Source of the DNA: Azolla caroliniana
Taxonomy: Eukaryota > Plantae > Polypodiophyta
Direction: 5' to 3'
Assembly: GCA_043228905.1 (NCBI GenBank)
Contig: JBHGNT010000020.1
Span: 2,728,001 to 2,792,000, forward strand
DNA: 64,000 nucleotides
Position numbers and translations under genes: made by a program. Positions 61,559 to 64,000 of the stretch are shown piece by piece. The notes under the pieces were generated by a model. That model made no database searches and was not told the origin of the DNA. It saw only the letters and a list, made by a program, of their open reading frames with translations. How positions within the stretch are numbered: position 1 is the stretch's first letter; each line of letters starts with the position of its first letter.

Positions 61559-62289
61559 GGGGGGAGGATGTCGTGACATTTCCATGCCACGATGAGAAAA
61601 TAACTTCTACCAATTTATATAAGATTATTCAAATCTTTCTAAAAGGTTATATAAAGTGCGAGACCTCGATGAATAGCAGCGTGTGGGGATTTAGGTGTCG
61701 TGAAGGATTTGCTTCACGATAGAAAAATAAACTAAAATATTGTATTGAATAACATTCAAGAGACTTGAACCCACAACCTCACATACCAAACACAAGGCAC
61801 ATACCATTTGGCTAGGTCATTTGTTCTTTTAAAGTTATATTTTAATGTTTCTACTTATGCCATGTATATTTTCATACATGAAAGCTCAAATGCGGGGGAT
61901 GTCTATCATGCATCACATGCATTAAATGCACTACATGCATGTCTTGTACCCTCACATGCATCATATGCATGGGGGCACCTATTTAAAGGGGGAAAGGGAA
62001 AAGAGTGAAGGGGAGAACATGAGACGAGGAATATTATTGTAATAGGAGGGACAAGCTATATTATTGTACAAGAAATATTTTGTAATCATCTTCAAATATC
62101 AATACAAGTTACTTCCTTTTCTCCTCTTTCTTTGACAAGAAGCCCACTGCTTACTTCCCGGATACGCGATTCTCTTTTCGTTTGCTCTCGTACGCCGAGA
62201 TCGACACAACAACGGTACCAAGGGAGAGGGTGTGGAGCAAGACGCCCTCTCGACTTGCGGAGAAAGACGGGCCGAAGAGGAGGTTGGGA

Positions 62290-64000
62290 GCGGAGAAGAG
62301 CCCTCCACGAGGATTCCGGAGACTCCGGCGGTCGAGCCAATGTGCCGACATAAGACCGGAGAGATGGAAGACGCCAACGAGGAGTCCTGGCACGATGCCA
62401 ACGAAGATGGATGGGAAATGGCTTGCGAGGAGGTCGAGGACGAAACCGCGATAGAGAAAGAGGAAATGAGAGCCGGTGCCAACGGGAGCGGAAGACAAGG
62501 GAGATGCAGTAGAGTTGATCGACAAGGGCCGGGATCGATATGAAGGTGCCGATACGAGAGAGGGTGCGGGACGAGCCGTCCTCGTTTACATGGGGAGAAA
62601 GACCGACCAGGCGAAGGTCGGGAATCGAGATGAAGATGATCGAGGGTACAAAACAAGTCCGGCGGGATCGGCATCAGAGCCGAAACTCCGAACATTGGAG
62701 AATCAAGTCCAGGAGGGCTTCATTGATCATAGAGCAGGTGCTTTCCACCCGCACCACTAAAAGGGTCGGTGGCCTTGGACAAGTCATCGGGAGTCATTTC
62801 GGAATCGGTATACCCACATCTCCTCCAGAGACTCCGACAGCTGGCCCGAGAGTCAACGTGAGACTTAGAGAGATGGGAGATGGAGGCGGGAACACAACAA
62901 GGAGGTCCACAATGAGTTCGAGAGAAGTACATCGGATGCGGTGAAATGAAGACCGATCAGATGGGTCACCTCACACTGGGCTAGAGACTTTCGCAGTCGG
63001 CATCGGATCCGACGTAAGACCAAGAGACTAACGGTGGTGATAGGAGAACGGGACCCGACAATGCAGAGTGATAGACGGACCCGGACGAAAACTGCGTGGA
63101 GCGGACTTCCGAATAACCGATCCGGAAGTGGAGGAACAAAGACCAGTCCTATGGGTCACCTTACACCGGGCTAGAGACTTCGGCAGTCTGCATCGGATCC
63201 GACGTAAGACCAAGAGACTGATGGTGGCGGTAGGAGAACGGGATCATGTAATGCAGAGAGAGATCGGACAAGCCCGGATGAGAACCAGGAGAGTGAACTT
63301 CTGGATAAACGATCCGGAAGGTGGGGAGGAAACATGCCTACGAAGAGGCCGGAACACGGTACATCGGTACCATGGGAGAGGGTGCGGAGCAAGCCACCCT
63401 CTCGACATGCAGAGAAGGAAGACCCGGGATAGGGTCGGAAAGACGAGAGGCCCAAGGAGGATCCTTCACACCGGATCTAGAGACTTCGACAGTCAGCAGC
63501 AAAGCCGACGTAAGATCAAGAGACTAACGGTGGTAGCGAGGGGACGAGGGCAAAGGCAACGATGGGGTGGTCCTATGGCGATCCTCACACCAATCCGGAG
63601 ACTCCGGCGGTTGGTCCAAGAACCGACGTGAGACCTAGAGAGATGGATGGTGGCGGCAGGTGAACGAGATCCCAAGATACGGTGTAGAAGTGCGGATGGG
63701 CGATCCTACGACGATCCTCACGCCGATCCGGAGACTCCGAGAGTCGGCCCGAGATCCGGTGTGAGACCTAGAGAGAAGGATAATAGTGGCAAGTGAACGG
63801 GATCAAGCAGAAGGGCCTTAAAAGAGAAAAAAGAGGTATCAAGATGGCGACATGGCCACGAACCGGATACGGACCCAGAAGGTAGGGTCAGGAGGACAAA
63901 GATCGAACACGCTTGGTGCATGAGTCGGTGGCCTAACGGATCGGAGGCCCGAGAAGGATCCTCCACACCGGAGCTAAAGACTTGGGCGGTCGGCGCCGTG
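62290..64000 (+). repeat. Dispersed/tandem GC-rich internal repeats of the host element
   Basis: Recurrent ATCCTCACACCGATCCGGAGACTCCG...GTGAGACCTAGAGAGA and GATCCGACGTAAGACCAAGAGACT; related motifs at 30930-31140. Confidence 0.75.

Larger units (their letters stand above)
49915..62211 (+). mobile_element. Full-length decayed Ty3/gypsy; 643-bp LTRs (5' split as 49915-50445 + 55667-55778; 3' at 61569-62211); TSD ACGG
   Basis: ACGG at 49911-49914 and 62212-62215; PBS TGGTGAACCCGAAGTGA at 55780; PPT GGGGGGGAGGA before 61569. Confidence 0.95.
47172..64000 (+). mobile_element. Non-autonomous tRNA-Trp gypsy host element (5' LTR about 47172-48042, PBS, duplicated gag), interrupted by 49915-62211 and running off the window end
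   Basis: TGTTATC...CCGCGACA; PBS TGGTGAACCCGACGTGA at 48047; flanks of the inserted gypsy rejoin as GAATGGTACG-ACGG-TACCAAGGGAGAGGG, matching 48928-48956. Confidence 0.8.

Noticed and set aside
62092-63966. Many ORFs in the terminal region as real genes
   Set aside because: GC-rich repetitive internal sequence of a non-autonomous element; no recognisable motifs

Overview
Eukaryotic, almost certainly land-plant, heterochromatin-type DNA; the TE repertoire suggests a seed-free plant such as a fern, but that is inference. No clear host housekeeping gene or functional RNA gene was found, and nearly the whole window is nested transposons. Contents: (1) about seven Ty1/copia pieces, including one young, fully intact element (50446-55661, AATAT TSD, 1357-aa ORF); (2) a full-length but decayed tRNA-Trp-primed Ty3/gypsy (49915-62211, 4-bp TSD ACGG), its Gag-only relatives and a solo LTR; (3) a chromodomain gypsy; (4) two LINEs; (5) two ~700-bp tandem repeat families. 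The most unusual content is two diverged DNA-transposon-like segments (about 20840-27408, ending in a CACTA-type terminus, and about 36300-42695). Each pairs a putative transposase fragment with a convergent, intron-containing cargo gene (FARAFA-motif domain, helical region, RING-H2, and in one copy a pseudo-FCP1 phosphatase), and each has a palindromic tandem array just after the RING exon. Three unrelated LTR or LTR-like families also carry antisense tRNA-like (A-box/B-box) modules.
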